From Spirochaetia bacterium (GTDB lineage: Bacteria; Spirochaetota; Spirochaetia; CAKZLE01), in assembly GCA_963677595.1 (NCBI GenBank), contig OY782041.1, positions 768,001-832,000 on the forward strand: 64,000 nt of DNA, given 5' to 3'. Below the pieces are notes generated by a model. That model ran no database searches. It was not told the origin of the DNA and saw only the letters and a program-made list of their open reading frames with translations. The translations under genes and the position numbers were made by a program. Positions 20,160-31,200 of this stretch are shown piece after piece; the first letter of the stretch is position 1, and every line of letters begins with the position of its first letter.

Positions 20160-21053
20160 CCGCTTCTTCAGGTGTTCGAGCAGGCCGTTCGGCCCATTGA
20201 GGTCGAAGGGGTTCTCGGGGATGAGGCAGAAGTTGACATCACTCATCGCCAGGGCGGTATGGGCTGCGATGAACCCGGACTCACGCCCCATGACCTTCAC
20301 GAGTCCGATGCCGTTGATCGCGTCGGTCGCCTCGATGTGGGCTCCCCGTACCGACTGCACGGCAGTGCTCACGGCAGTATCGAACCCGAACGAGCTCTGG
20401 ATGAAGGAGAGGTCGTTATCGATGGTCTTCGGGATCCCCACGATGGCGATCCTCAATCCACGCTTCTCGATCTCCTCACCTACCTCGTCAGCTCCGCGCA
20501 GGGTCCCGTCGCCGCCGATGGTGATCAGGATGTTCACGTTCATCCGTTCGAGGGAATCAACGATCTCCTCGACCCGGTCACCGCTCCCGCGAGCTGAACC
20601 GAGGATCGTCCCGCCCTTCATCTGGATGTCATCGACGACATCCGGGTCGAGGGCAACAGGTTCATAGGGGCTGTCGGGCATGAGTCCGCGGTACCCGTAC
20701 TGGATGCCGCTGATCCTCCTGACCCCGTAGCGGTACCAGAGGCACCTAACGACTGCCCTGATGACGTTGTTGAGCCCCGGGCAGATCCCGCCGCAGGTGA
20801 CTACCGCCGCATGGACATGGGCGGGGTTGAAGTAGATCCTGTCACGGGGACCGGCAACCTCGATCAGGTCCTCATTGCCGATCTCGGGGATCCCGTCGTC
20901 TCCCGCATGGGCGTCGATATTGAAGAGGATCCGCTCGGAATCCTGTACGTAGTTGGCGATACTGTCACCCTTGATGTTTGACATCTCGATCGGTGACTTA
21001 ATCTTAGCCGGCCCGAGGGTCCGTATCGTGAAATCATAATGATTCTTTGTCAT
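19725..21053 (-). CDS. pfkA: 6-phosphofructokinase, clade X (probably ATP-dependent)
   Basis: VTCGGICPGLN, GGTILGSARG, IGGDGT, PKTIDND, MGRESG; start taken at ATG 21053. Confidence 0.92.
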   Translation of the reverse strand: MTKNHYDFTIRTLGPAKIKSPIEMSNIKGDSIANYVQDSERILFNIDAHAGDDGIPEIGNEDLIEVAGPRDRIYFNPAHVHAAVVTCGGICPGLNNVIRAVVRCLWYRYGVRRISGIQYGYRGLMPDSPYEPVALDPDVVDDIQMKGGTILGSARGSGDRVEEIVDSLERMNVNILITIGGDGTLRGADEVGEEIEKRGLRIAIVGIPKTIDNDLSFIQSSFGFDTAVSTAVQSVRGAHIEATDAINGIGLVKVMGRESGFIAAHTALAMSDVNFCLIPENPFDLNGPNGLLEHLKKRILDRDHAVILVAEGAGQNLLEETKETDASGNKKLVNIGEYLKERIAQYFDDEEIEVNIKYIDPSYIIRSAPANPNDSIYCSRLGAHAVHAAMAGKTRTLISLLNNKFVHIPIRVAVAERNRVKIEGSLWRDVLENTRQPFSMKN

Positions 21054-21405
21054 GTGCAAGTTCCTCATTTAATGCTCCCTCGAACTCAGTGAATCGTTCG
21101 TTGGCATACTGCTTGACATCCTGCTGAAACTCATCATACAGGGTGATTAGCCGCTTCCCCAAAGGAGTCAGGACGGCACCTTCCCGGGCCTCCCCTCCTC
21201 TTCTTCTCTCAAGCACCTGACAGTCGAGTTCCTGCTCCAGGTTCTTCAGCATGCTGAATGCCTTGGAGTAGGAGATCCCGAGGCCTGCAGCGGCACTGCG
21301 GATTGATCCCTCGAGGGAGATCTCCTGCAGGAGCCACAGGACCCCGATCCCCATGAACTTCTCATGGGTCCCGCCGGTCAGGTAGATCTTGAGTTTCAGT
21401 TCCAT
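21034..21405 (-). CDS. Stand-alone ModE-like winged-helix regulator
   Basis: LLQEISLEGSIRSAAAGLGISYSKA...RRRGG...GAVLT; no TOBE/molybdate-binding domain. Confidence 0.85.
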   Translation of the reverse strand: MELKLKIYLTGGTHEKFMGIGVLWLLQEISLEGSIRSAAAGLGISYSKAFSMLKNLEQELDCQVLERRRGGEAREGAVLTPLGKRLITLYDEFQQDVKQYANERFTEFEGALNEELAHDKESL

Positions 21406-22685
21406 AGTTCTCCGGCAGCATCGAACAGGGTCTTGTAGAGGTCTTCTACATCATCGACATCAACACTGGAGAAGGCTATCCTCAGGTACTTCCCCGCTAT
21501 GGAGATCGCACCGATGCCGTAGGTTTCCAACAGGTGGAGTCGCAGGGCTTCGGCATCACCCTTGCAGGTGAAGGTCATGAAGTAACCGGAGTTGAACGGG
21601 AGCGGGACGAGAGTATCGTTATCGCTGTACTCAGCGAGGACTTCCCGTACCTTGAGGTAGCGTGCCTTCAGAACCTTGAACGCCTCGGCTTTCTCCGATT
21701 CATAGGTCGGGCTCTGCAGAGCTTTGAGCAGCAGCGACTGTGCAGGCCGGCTGCAGTTCGACACGGAGGACCGGATCGCACCCATGGTCTTCTTTACCAG
21801 GGCATCGTACTGCGCCTCGGTGAACCCCTTGCAGCCGTACGTCAGGAAACCAACACGGAACCCCCAGACGAAATCCTCCTTGGTGGACCCATCGACCTTC
21901 ACGGCCAGGATGTTCTCGTGCAGGTCCGCGATATAGGCGAACAGTGACTGTTTTGCGGTCTCTTCCTCATAGAAGAGGCCGAAGTATGCATCATCGGTGA
22001 TCACGAGGATCTTCTTCCCGAGATCCGCCTGCCGCTTGAGGATGGCCACGATGGCCTCAGCCTCGGCAGTCGACGGGGAGTACCCGGTAGGGTTGTTCGG
22101 GAAGTTGAGGATGAGGGCGGCTTTATCGCCGGGGGTCCCCTCGATGCTCTTCTCGAGCCCCTCGAGGTTGATCATGCCGTTCTCGGCGAAGAACGCGAAC
22201 GGGACGATGGTCGATTCCCTCCGTTCCTCGAAGATCAGGCGGTAGTTGCCCCAGAACATATCGGGGATGATGATCGTATCGCCCTCGTCGAGGAAGAGGT
22301 CTGCAGCCATGAGGATCCCATGGGTGAGGCCGCTGGTGACCAGCGGGTTGGAGATCGCGACCCCGTCAAGCAGCGGGTTCTTCTTCACCATCTCCTGCTT
22401 CCAGGCAGCCCGCAGTTTCGCGTCCCCTGGAGTCGGGGCGTAGGTGAAGATATCACCGGCATCCAATCCCGGGATAGATTCATGTATGGAGCTCAGGTAC
22501 ATGGGAGACGGTCCCTGTGTTGCCATACCTACGGTAGCATTGTATCGCGTAGCCTTCTGCTTCGCTTCTGCGGACTGGGCGACGATCCCCTTGGGGAAGT
22601 ACATCCGCTTTCCCAGGTCTGACAGCAGGGTCTGTGCGGCAGTACCCTCAAGGACCTGGTTCAACTCAACGGCGATTGAATTCAT
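21396..22685 (-). CDS. PLP-dependent aminotransferase class I/II
   Basis: NFPNNPTGYSP, DDAYFGL, DGSTKEDFVWGFRVG; ATG 22685 after GGAGG. Confidence 0.9.
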   Translation of the reverse strand: MNSIAVELNQVLEGTAAQTLLSDLGKRMYFPKGIVAQSAEAKQKATRYNATVGMATQGPSPMYLSSIHESIPGLDAGDIFTYAPTPGDAKLRAAWKQEMVKKNPLLDGVAISNPLVTSGLTHGILMAADLFLDEGDTIIIPDMFWGNYRLIFEERRESTIVPFAFFAENGMINLEGLEKSIEGTPGDKAALILNFPNNPTGYSPSTAEAEAIVAILKRQADLGKKILVITDDAYFGLFYEEETAKQSLFAYIADLHENILAVKVDGSTKEDFVWGFRVGFLTYGCKGFTEAQYDALVKKTMGAIRSSVSNCSRPAQSLLLKALQSPTYESEKAEAFKVLKARYLKVREVLAEYSDNDTLVPLPFNSGYFMTFTCKGDAEALRLHLLETYGIGAISIAGKYLRIAFSSVDVDDVEDLYKTLFDAAGELWN

Positions 22686-22776
22686 ACTCGACCTCCTGGT
22701 CATTTTCTTCGGTTCTGTGCCTGATAGTATCGTAAGATCGAAACTATGTGAATATCTTATGATAGGTTATGAACAA

Positions 22777-24786
22777 CTATCGGCCTGACAATAGGATAAA
22801 TTCAGCTTCTTCCACGATCTCCACACCAAGTTTCTCAGCCTTGCTGAGTTTACTCCCTGCACCGGTACCGGCAAGCAGGTGGGTGGTCTTCCCGGTGACT
22901 GAGCTCACGACCCGGCCGCCGAGCTCCTTGATCAGCTCCTCGGCCAAAGAACGGGGCTTGAATTGGTCGAAACTGCCTGTCACGCACCAGACCTGGCCGG
23001 CAAAGACCATCAGTCCTTCAGCAGGCTGCTCCTTTGCGGCAGCCTCGAAGGAGAGGCCTGCCTCCCTGAGACGGGAGACCCGCTCCCGCAGCCCGGGGTC
23101 CGAGAACTCCCGGATGAGGCTCTCCGCGATCTTCTGTCCGATCCCCTTGATCGCGATGAACGGCTCACTCTCCCCGGCATCGACGAGCTCGAGCAGCAGG
23201 TCCATGGAGCTGATCCCGGCATCGATGAGGAGCTCCGCCATCCGCTTCCCCAGGTCGGGCACCCCGAGCGACCGGAGGACGACGGCATACTCCCGCTCCC
23301 GGCTCTTCTCGATGCTCTCCCGGATCTGCGCGACCTTCTTCTCCCCGAATCCCGGCTCTCCCTTGAGCCGGTCGTAATCGACCTGGTAGATATCGGGGAT
23401 GTCCTTCACCATCCCGAGGCTGATCAGGGTCGTGATCGTCTCCCTGCCGAGTCCCTCGATATCCATCTGGTCCCTCCCGACGAAGAAGACCAGCCGGCCG
23501 TATACCTGGTCAGGGCACTCCAGGTTGGGGCAGAAGTGGTGGGCCCCCTCCCTGACGAGGGCAGTACCGCAACTCGGGCAGGTCCCGGGCAGCTTCCAAA
23601 TACCGTTACCCTCGCTGTTCTTCTCCAGGACCTCCTCCACCGCAGGGATGACATCTCCCCGCTTCGAGACAGCGACCGAGTCCCCGATCGCGAGTTCGAG
23701 CATGTCGATATAATCCTGGTTATGGAGCGTCACGTTCGAGACGGTCGACCCGCCCACGAGGACCGGCCTGACCCTGGCCACGGGGGTCACCCTGCCCGTC
23801 CTGCCGATCTGGACGTCGATCGATTCCACGACCGTCGCCGAGGTAGGGGCCTCGAACTTGAAGGCCGTAGCCCAGCGCGGGTGGTGTTCGGTATAGCCGA
23901 GCTCCTCCCTGAGGGGGAGTTCATTCACCTTGATGACCAGCCCGTCGATCTCGTAGTCCAGGGCATCCCGTTCGGCGGTCCTCTCTAATATCCTCTCCCG
24001 CAGCTCTTCTTCGCTGCTGCAGAGTGTCGTATGCGGGTTGAGTCTGAACCCCAGGGCTTTCAGCTTTTCGAGCAGCTCGAGGTGCGTCCTCACCTCCGAG
24101 AAGAACCCCTCATACATGAAGGCATCAAGGGGAACCTTTGCAACCTCGCTGCTCCTGATCCGCCGGATCGTGCCTGCGGCCAGGTTCCTCGGGTTCGCAT
24201 ACGCGGTCTCCTGGTCCTTGTTGAGTTGTTCGAATGCGGCCTTCGGGAGGTAGATCTCGCCCCGTACCGCTATGTCGAGCGGTTCAGGCAGCCGCAGGGG
24301 TATGCTCCTGATCGTACGGACATTGGCCGTGACATCGTTGCCCACAGCGCCGTTCCCGCGGGTCACGGCCCGCGCGAGCAGCCCCTGCTCATAATAGAGA
24401 ACGATGGAGATGCCGTCGATCTTCTCCTCGAGGACGAATGAGACCGGCTCGTCGGTCCTGCCTTTGAGCCGCTCCATCCAGGAGAGCACCTCTTCCGGGG
24501 AGTAGGCTTTGTCCAGACTGAGGACCGGGATGGTATGGGCGACCTCGGGGAGGTCCGATGAGAGGTCCGACCCGACCCGGAGTGTCGGGGAGTCCTCCCG
24601 CCTGTACTGGGGATACTCACCCTCGAGACGGAGCAGGGTATCGAACTTGAGGTCATACTCACTGTCGCTCGCAGGCGAGGTGCCGCTGATGTAATAGGCC
24701 TGCTGGAGCTCATCGAGCTCTGATGACAGCCGGTCTATCTGCTGCCTGATCTTCTCTTCATCTCTCATGCTGTGAACATCCCCCAT
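22777..24786 (-). CDS. ligA: NAD-dependent DNA ligase
   Basis: EKIDG, TRGNG, VRGEIY, NPRNLAAG, Zn finger and BRCT domain; true start may be 24768. Confidence 0.97.
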   Translation of the reverse strand: MGDVHSMRDEEKIRQQIDRLSSELDELQQAYYISGTSPASDSEYDLKFDTLLRLEGEYPQYRREDSPTLRVGSDLSSDLPEVAHTIPVLSLDKAYSPEEVLSWMERLKGRTDEPVSFVLEEKIDGISIVLYYEQGLLARAVTRGNGAVGNDVTANVRTIRSIPLRLPEPLDIAVRGEIYLPKAAFEQLNKDQETAYANPRNLAAGTIRRIRSSEVAKVPLDAFMYEGFFSEVRTHLELLEKLKALGFRLNPHTTLCSSEEELRERILERTAERDALDYEIDGLVIKVNELPLREELGYTEHHPRWATAFKFEAPTSATVVESIDVQIGRTGRVTPVARVRPVLVGGSTVSNVTLHNQDYIDMLELAIGDSVAVSKRGDVIPAVEEVLEKNSEGNGIWKLPGTCPSCGTALVREGAHHFCPNLECPDQVYGRLVFFVGRDQMDIEGLGRETITTLISLGMVKDIPDIYQVDYDRLKGEPGFGEKKVAQIRESIEKSREREYAVVLRSLGVPDLGKRMAELLIDAGISSMDLLLELVDAGESEPFIAIKGIGQKIAESLIREFSDPGLRERVSRLREAGLSFEAAAKEQPAEGLMVFAGQVWCVTGSFDQFKPRSLAEELIKELGGRVVSSVTGKTTHLLAGTGAGSKLSKAEKLGVEIVEEAEFILLSGR

Positions 24787-24851
24787 AAACGCTGTGTTGC
24801 CGCCCTTTCAATATTGCAGGTACAGCAACTACATGATACTTTTAACATAGC

Positions 24852-26849
24852 ATGAATACAAGCATCACCTTCAACAAAGATATGAGTATCCATACCATCA
24901 GGCATCCCGACATGATCTTCGGGCAACTCGTCAGGTCATCGATCCCCAGGGGGACGGTCACCTCCATCACGCTCCCCAACCTCTCGAAGGACTTCATCGT
25001 GATCTCCGCACAGGATATACCGGGATCGAACAGTGTCCGGGTACTCGACGAGACGATACCGCTGCTCTCAGGAGACCATATCATCTACCGTGACCAGCCG
25101 ATCCTCGCGATCTTCGGTCCTGACCAGGAATCGGTCCATCAGGCCGTCTCGAACGTGGTGATTAGCTATGCTACCGGGGACCAGCCGTTGGAGGCTGACC
25201 AGTCCCCTGCCCATGAGGTGACCATGCACTGGGGAGACTGCGCGACCCTGCTGGAACAGGCTTCCTCGATCGAGGAGCATACCTACCTGACCGGGAACGA
25301 GGAGCGCACCCCCGCGACCCCCATCGGGGTGATCGCCGTCAGTGAGGGGGAAGAGCTCACGGTCTGGGCCACGACCCAGTGGCCGTTCCACATCAGGAAC
25401 ACCATCTCGGAGGCCTGCGGGCTCTCCAAGAGACGGGTCTCGGTCTACCAGAACCCCTACGACCATACATCAGCAGGACTGCTGGTCTGGCCTTCCGTGC
25501 TGGCCGCACTCGCATCGATCGCATCCATGAAGAGCGGGAAGCCTGCGAAGCTCCTCTCCCGCGACCCGATCCATCGTCCCGAGCTCATCATCACCAGGAA
25601 GACAGCCCTCGATGACGATATGCTCCCTGTTGCCGAGAAGGTGGACCTCCAGGTTCACCTCGGGGTCATCCCCCTCTTCGCAGACGAGATCCTTGCCCAG
25701 ATCATCACCGGGGCAGTCCCTATGTACCATCTCGAGGCGTGTGAGATCACGGCACGCATCGTGACCTCCCCTGCCGCCCCGCGACACTACTACTTCGGGT
25801 TCGGCTTCCCGCTCGGGCTCTTCTCCACGGCAGCCCATGCTGCCCATATAGCACGAAGGAGCATGGTGAACCCGGCAAACTGGCTCATGAAGGCAGTGAA
25901 GAACTCCCACGCAAGACCACGCCACCTCGTCCACCTGAGGACCGCACTCATCAAGGAGCTCATCGATCAGACGATAACCCGCTCAGATTTCTCCAGGAAG
26001 TTCGCCGTGTATGAGATGCAGAGGAGCCGCAACCGGATGATCTCCACCTTCACCGGCTATACCAGGGGTATGGGGATCGCTGCCGGCTCCGGGGTGAACG
26101 GGTTCTCCAACACCAGCATGAACGAGTACAACTTCTCCGTCGAGGTCACCCTCGACGTGAACGATGCCGTCAGGGTCCGCACCTCCATCATCCACTCCAA
26201 GGCACGGGAGATCTGGAGGGAGGCTATCAGGAGCCAGCTCGGGGTCGATCCTGAGGACATCGAGTTCAGTACCGGCTCCACTGCCGGGATGCTCGATTCC
26301 GGCCCGGACATCCTCGACCGGGACCTCACCGTGATCCCGATGCTCCTCAACCGGTGCTGCGAGTCGATCAAGAACCAGCGGTTCAAGGAGCCGCTGCCCA
26401 TCACGGTGAAGCGGTCCGTCAAGCGGACGAACAGGGCAGCGACCGATGAGGGCATGAAAGCCCAGTTCTCCCATGCGACCTGGGGAGCCATGGTGTTTGA
26501 ACTGACGATAGACCCGGTCTCGCTCAACCCGGAACCGATCGGGATCTGGATCACGGTCAGCTGCGGCAGGATCTATGACCGTGCCGCCCTGAAGAAGAAG
26601 ATCCAGTCGGCGATCCTCAGGGAGCTCGGGTCCATCATAGGGGGCGAAGCGAGGACCGGGCTGCAGCCGGCGATCGATATCCAGTTCCATGCAGATGAGG
26701 AGAGCGATACAGCAGACCCGACGCCGAACATCATCGGGCTGCTCTATGCTGCCTATACCTCAGCCCTTTCCCAGGCCCTGAACGAACCGGTCACCTCCAT
26801 CCCCGCAGGTGCCGGGGAGGTACTTGAATTCCTTGGAGGGAACTTGTGA
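24852..26849 (+). CDS. Xanthine dehydrogenase/CoxL-like large subunit with degenerate Moco-binding motifs
   Basis: PDMIFGQLVRS, AQDIPG and WATTQWP fit the fold; GGGFG, RGFG, GQG and GE motifs not recognisable. Confidence 0.75.
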   Translation: MNTSITFNKDMSIHTIRHPDMIFGQLVRSSIPRGTVTSITLPNLSKDFIVISAQDIPGSNSVRVLDETIPLLSGDHIIYRDQPILAIFGPDQESVHQAVSNVVISYATGDQPLEADQSPAHEVTMHWGDCATLLEQASSIEEHTYLTGNEERTPATPIGVIAVSEGEELTVWATTQWPFHIRNTISEACGLSKRRVSVYQNPYDHTSAGLLVWPSVLAALASIASMKSGKPAKLLSRDPIHRPELIITRKTALDDDMLPVAEKVDLQVHLGVIPLFADEILAQIITGAVPMYHLEACEITARIVTSPAAPRHYYFGFGFPLGLFSTAAHAAHIARRSMVNPANWLMKAVKNSHARPRHLVHLRTALIKELIDQTITRSDFSRKFAVYEMQRSRNRMISTFTGYTRGMGIAAGSGVNGFSNTSMNEYNFSVEVTLDVNDAVRVRTSIIHSKAREIWREAIRSQLGVDPEDIEFSTGSTAGMLDSGPDILDRDLTVIPMLLNRCCESIKNQRFKEPLPITVKRSVKRTNRAATDEGMKAQFSHATWGAMVFELTIDPVSLNPEPIGIWITVSCGRIYDRAALKKKIQSAILRELGSIIGGEARTGLQPAIDIQFHADEESDTADPTPNIIGLLYAAYTSALSQALNEPVTSIPAGAGEVLEFLGGNL

Positions 26850-27331
26850 AGATATCATGCATGCTGAACAGCAAACCGGTCTCGTTCAACACCTATTCCG
26901 ACAAGCCGCTGAACCTGCTGCTTACCGAGGAGGCCGATATTCCCTCGCTGCAGGTCGGCTGCGGCACCGGGAGGTGCGGGAACTGCATCATCCTCCTGGA
27001 TGAGAAACCGGTCCTCTCCTGCCTTGTGCCGGCATTCTCCGTGGCAGGGAGGAGGATCGTGACCTTCGAGGGGTTCACGAAGAGCCGCTACCATACCGAC
27101 ATCAGGCGGGCATACCGCCAAGTCGGGGCAGCCCCCTGCGACCACTGCTATGCGGCGAAGACCCTGCTCATCCACTCGATCATCAGCGACAACATGGACC
27201 CGGACCCAAAAGATATCATCCAGGAGATGGATATGAACTCCTGCAGCTGCGTGACCCACGAGGAGCTTGTCGCCATCGTCGGTGCAGCCGCAGGGTTCAG
27301 GAGGAGGAAGCGCCGTGTACGAAGGAGTTAG
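26846..27331 (+). CDS. CoxS-like 2x[2Fe-2S] subunit
   Basis: GCGTGRCGNC...SCL and CDHC...CSC cysteine sets. Confidence 0.88.
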   Translation: MKISCMLNSKPVSFNTYSDKPLNLLLTEEADIPSLQVGCGTGRCGNCIILLDEKPVLSCLVPAFSVAGRRIVTFEGFTKSRYHTDIRRAYRQVGAAPCDHCYAAKTLLIHSIISDNMDPDPKDIIQEMDMNSCSCVTHEELVAIVGAAAGFRRRKRRVRRS

Positions 27332-28199
27332 GGCACCGGCAGTCTTCAACCCGGAGACGATCTTCGAGGCTCTCGATATCTACCAGCGGTACCCGCGTTC
27401 CATCCTCTGGGCCGGCGGGACCACCCTGATGAGCCAGCTGAGAGAGTACCCAAGCCATGACAACAAGGATATCCTCTATCTCGGGGGAGTCAGCGAACTC
27501 AGCCGCATCACCAGGACCGAGCGCTATATCGAGACCGGGCCGATGGTCTCGATCCAGCGGCTCCTCAATGTAGGCCAGCACATCCTGCACCCGGTGCTTG
27601 CCGATGCCTGCCGACGGCTCGGGCCGTCGATCATCAGGAACCAGGCTACCATAGGCGGGAACCTCTGCCACCCGAACCTCCGGCTCAACCTGGCGACCGC
27701 CCTCATGATCCTGGAGACCCAGGTGGAGATCAAGGATTCCAGGTCGACGAAATCATCGACGAGGTGGGTCCCCATCCACCGTCTCTACAAGCGTGACGGT
27801 TCGCTCGGCCTGCTCCACGGGGAGATCATCACCCGTATACGGGTCTTCTTCGAGGAGGCGAACTTCCAGCGGTTCCGGGTGATCGGCGATCCCTTCTGCA
27901 GCCCCAAGCTTGCCGTTATCTTCGCCGTCTTCGCCAAGTACGAGAAATCGACCATCTCGGAGTTCCGGTTCTCCCTCTCGCTCCCGGCGATCGATATCTT
28001 CAGGAGCAAGGATATCGAAGCGTCCATCACCAGCAGGGACCTCCCGCTCTCATCAAAGGAGATCGCCTTGATCTCGGGGCAGCTCAGGGAACTGCTCCAG
28101 GGGTACTCCTCCAAGATCACGAAGGTCCAGGTCGAGCGTTCGGGACGGGTCCTGGAGCAGACGCTCCAGAACCTCAACACCCGGGTCTTCGCGAACTGA
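27315..28199 (+). CDS. CoxM-like FAD-binding subunit
   Basis: WAGGTTL, IRNQATIGGNL; GTG 27315 after GGAGG. Confidence 0.88.
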   Translation: MYEGVRAPAVFNPETIFEALDIYQRYPRSILWAGGTTLMSQLREYPSHDNKDILYLGGVSELSRITRTERYIETGPMVSIQRLLNVGQHILHPVLADACRRLGPSIIRNQATIGGNLCHPNLRLNLATALMILETQVEIKDSRSTKSSTRWVPIHRLYKRDGSLGLLHGEIITRIRVFFEEANFQRFRVIGDPFCSPKLAVIFAVFAKYEKSTISEFRFSLSLPAIDIFRSKDIEASITSRDLPLSSKEIALISGQLRELLQGYSSKITKVQVERSGRVLEQTLQNLNTRVFAN

Positions 28200-28268
28200 A
28201 CTCTTTACAGAGACAGATGGAGCTTGGTATAGTGAGGGGATCGAAAACCATAAGAATCTGAGGTTCCC

Positions 28269-31200
28269 ATGACTGAATTCGTACACCTGCACAACCACTC
28301 CGACTTCTCACTCCTCGACGGTGCGGCCCCCGTGGGCCGGATGGCTGCACGAGCCAAAGAACTGGGGATGTCAGCAATCGCGCTGACCGACCATGGGAGC
28401 ATGTTCGGGGCCCTGAGATTCTACCAGGCCTGCAAGAGCCAGGAGATCAAGCCGATCATCGGCTGTGAGTTCTATGTCGCCCCGAGTTCCCGCCACATCA
28501 AGTCGGGTACCGAGTCGGGGAACAAGTACTACCACATGGTGCTGCTGGCCATGGACGGAACAGGCTACAAGAACCTCATGTACCTCGATTCCGTTGCCTA
28601 TACCGAAGGGTTCTACTATAAACCGAGGATCGATGACGCCCTGTTGGAAGAACACCATGAAGGCCTCATCTGCCTCTCAGCCTGCCTTGCCGGGGAGATC
28701 GCCGTACACCTGTCGAACAACCAGCTCGAGACCGCCGAAGAGCGGGCTCTCTATTACCGTGACCTCTTCGGGAAGGAGAACTACTACCTGGAGCTCCAGG
28801 ACCATGGGATCCCCGAGCAGAAGACGGTGAACACCCGGATGGTCGCCCTCTCACAGAAGACGGGCATCCCCCTGGTCGCCACGAACGACCTCCACTACAT
28901 CGAGGCCGAGGATGCCAATGCCCAGGATATCCTGATCTGCATCGGTACGAACCGGAAGAAGCACGAATCCGGGCGGATGCGGTTCGAGACCGACCAGTTC
29001 TACCTCAAGTCAGGCGACGAGATGGCTGAGCTCTTCAAGTTCGCCCCCGAGGCTATAGCCAACACGGTGAAGATCGCCGAGCGGTGCAACCTGGAGATCG
29101 AATTCCCCGGCCCGCTGCTTCCTGATTTCGCGATCCCGGAGGAGTTCGACAACCCGGATGAGTATTTGCGGCATATCACCTACGAGGGGCTTGCCGAACG
29201 GTACCAGGAGATCACCGACGAGATACGCGAACGGGCTGAGTTCGAGCTTGGCATCATCATCGGGATGGGGTTCACCGGCTACTTCCTCATCGTCTGGGAC
29301 TTCATCCACTGGGCGAAGGAACATGATATCCCGGTCGGGCCGGGACGAGGGTCCGGGGCCGGCTCGATCGTCGCCTATGCCATGACCATCACCGATATCG
29401 ACCCGCTGAAGTACCAGCTCCTCTTCGAGCGGTTCCTCAACCCGGAACGGGTCTCGATGCCCGACTTCGATATCGACTTCTGCTTCGAAAGAAGGTCGGA
29501 AGTCATCGACTATGTCACCCGGAAGTACGGTACCGACCGGGTCGCGCAGATCATCACCTTCGGGACCCTCAAGGCGAAGGCGGTCATCAAGGACGTGGCG
29601 AGGGTCCTCGACATCCCCTTCTCCGAGACCAACGAGATCAGCAAGCTGATCCCCGCAGACCCGAAGATGACGATCGAGAAAGCCATGAAGGAGGAGCCGA
29701 AGCTCAAGGAGCTCGAGCAGAAGGGCGGGATCTATGCTGAGCTCTTCGACGTCAGCCGGAGGCTCGAGGGGCTGAACCGACACTGCTCCACCCATGCGGC
29801 TGGTATCGTCATCGGGAAGGATATCCTGACCGAGTATGTACCGCTCTACCGAGACTCCAAGACCGGGGGTATCTCCACCCAGTACACGATGGACCTGCTC
29901 GAGGAGTGCGGGCTGGTCAAGATGGACTTCCTCGGGCTGAAGACCCTGACCCTGATCAAGAACACCGTGGACCTCGTGAAGAAACGCGGTATCGATATCG
30001 ACATCAGCACCATCCCCGAGGACGATGAGAAGACCTATCACATGCTCTGGGACGGGCAGAGTTCCTGTATCTTCCAGTTCGAGTCTTCCGGCATGCAGGG
30101 GATCCTGCGTGATGCGAAGCCGAACTCGATCGAGGACCTCATCGCCTTGAACGCCCTCTACCGTCCGGGCCCGATGGCCAACATCCCGAAGTATGTCGCC
30201 AGTAAGAACGGTGTCGAACCGATCGTCTATCCCCATCCTGACCTTGAGGAGTCCCTGAAGCAGACCTACGGGGTCATCGTCTACCAGGAGCAGGTCATGC
30301 AGGTAGCACAGACCATCGGAGGCTTCACACTCGGCAAGGCCGATATCATGCGGCGTGCCATGGGGAAGAAGAAGGTCAAGGTCATGATGGAGATGAAGCA
30401 GGAGTTCATCGAGGGTGCCGTCTCCCGCGGCTACAAGGAGGACTTCGCCAACTACATCTTCGAGATGCTCGAGCCCTTCGCCGGCTACGGCTTCAACAAG
30501 TCCCATGCGGCAGCCTACTCGGTCGTCGCCTACCAGACGGCCTACCTCAAGGCCAACTACCCGGTGGAGTTCATGGCAGCCAACCTGACCAATGAGATCA
30601 ACTCTCCGGACAAGCTCACGACCTACATCAACGAGACCAAGAGCATGGGGATCGAGATCCTCCCGCCTGACATCAATCTCTCCGAGCAGCGGTTCAACGT
30701 CGCCGACGGGATGGTCATCTACGGGCTCAACGGGATCAAGAACGTGGGGACCGCAGCCGTCGATGCCATCATACGTGAACGGGAGGAGTCCGGGCCCTAC
30801 ACCTCCTTCATGGACTACCTCAACCGGGTCGACCTGAAGGTGGTCAACAAGAAGGTCCTGGAATCCCTCATCCAGTGCGGGGCCTTCGACAACCTTGGGG
30901 ATACCCGTTCGACCCTGCTGAGGAACCTCGAGGAGGTCACGGAGTACGTCTCAAAGCGGAAGGCTGCCGAACAGTTCGGGCAGGCCTCCCTCTTCGACAT
31001 CCAGGAAGAGGAGGAGCTCGGGAACTTCCAGATGCAGCAGGCTGAGGAGTTCTCCCTGGCTGAGAAGCTGCAGTTGGAGAAACAGCTGCTCGGCTTCTAC
31101 TTCTCCGGCCATCCCATGGATGAGTACCGCGACATCTGGAACCGGACCGTCCGGGTCGACCTCTCCAAGCCTGAGCACCTGATGGACAAGCAGGCCTGTA

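Noticed and set aside
29010-30506. Long antisense ORFs (498 aa here; also 7193-8371, 9079-10182, 22963-23988, 49711-50934)
   Set aside because: Shadow ORFs opposite well-conserved genes, expected from strong GC3 codon bias; no motifs
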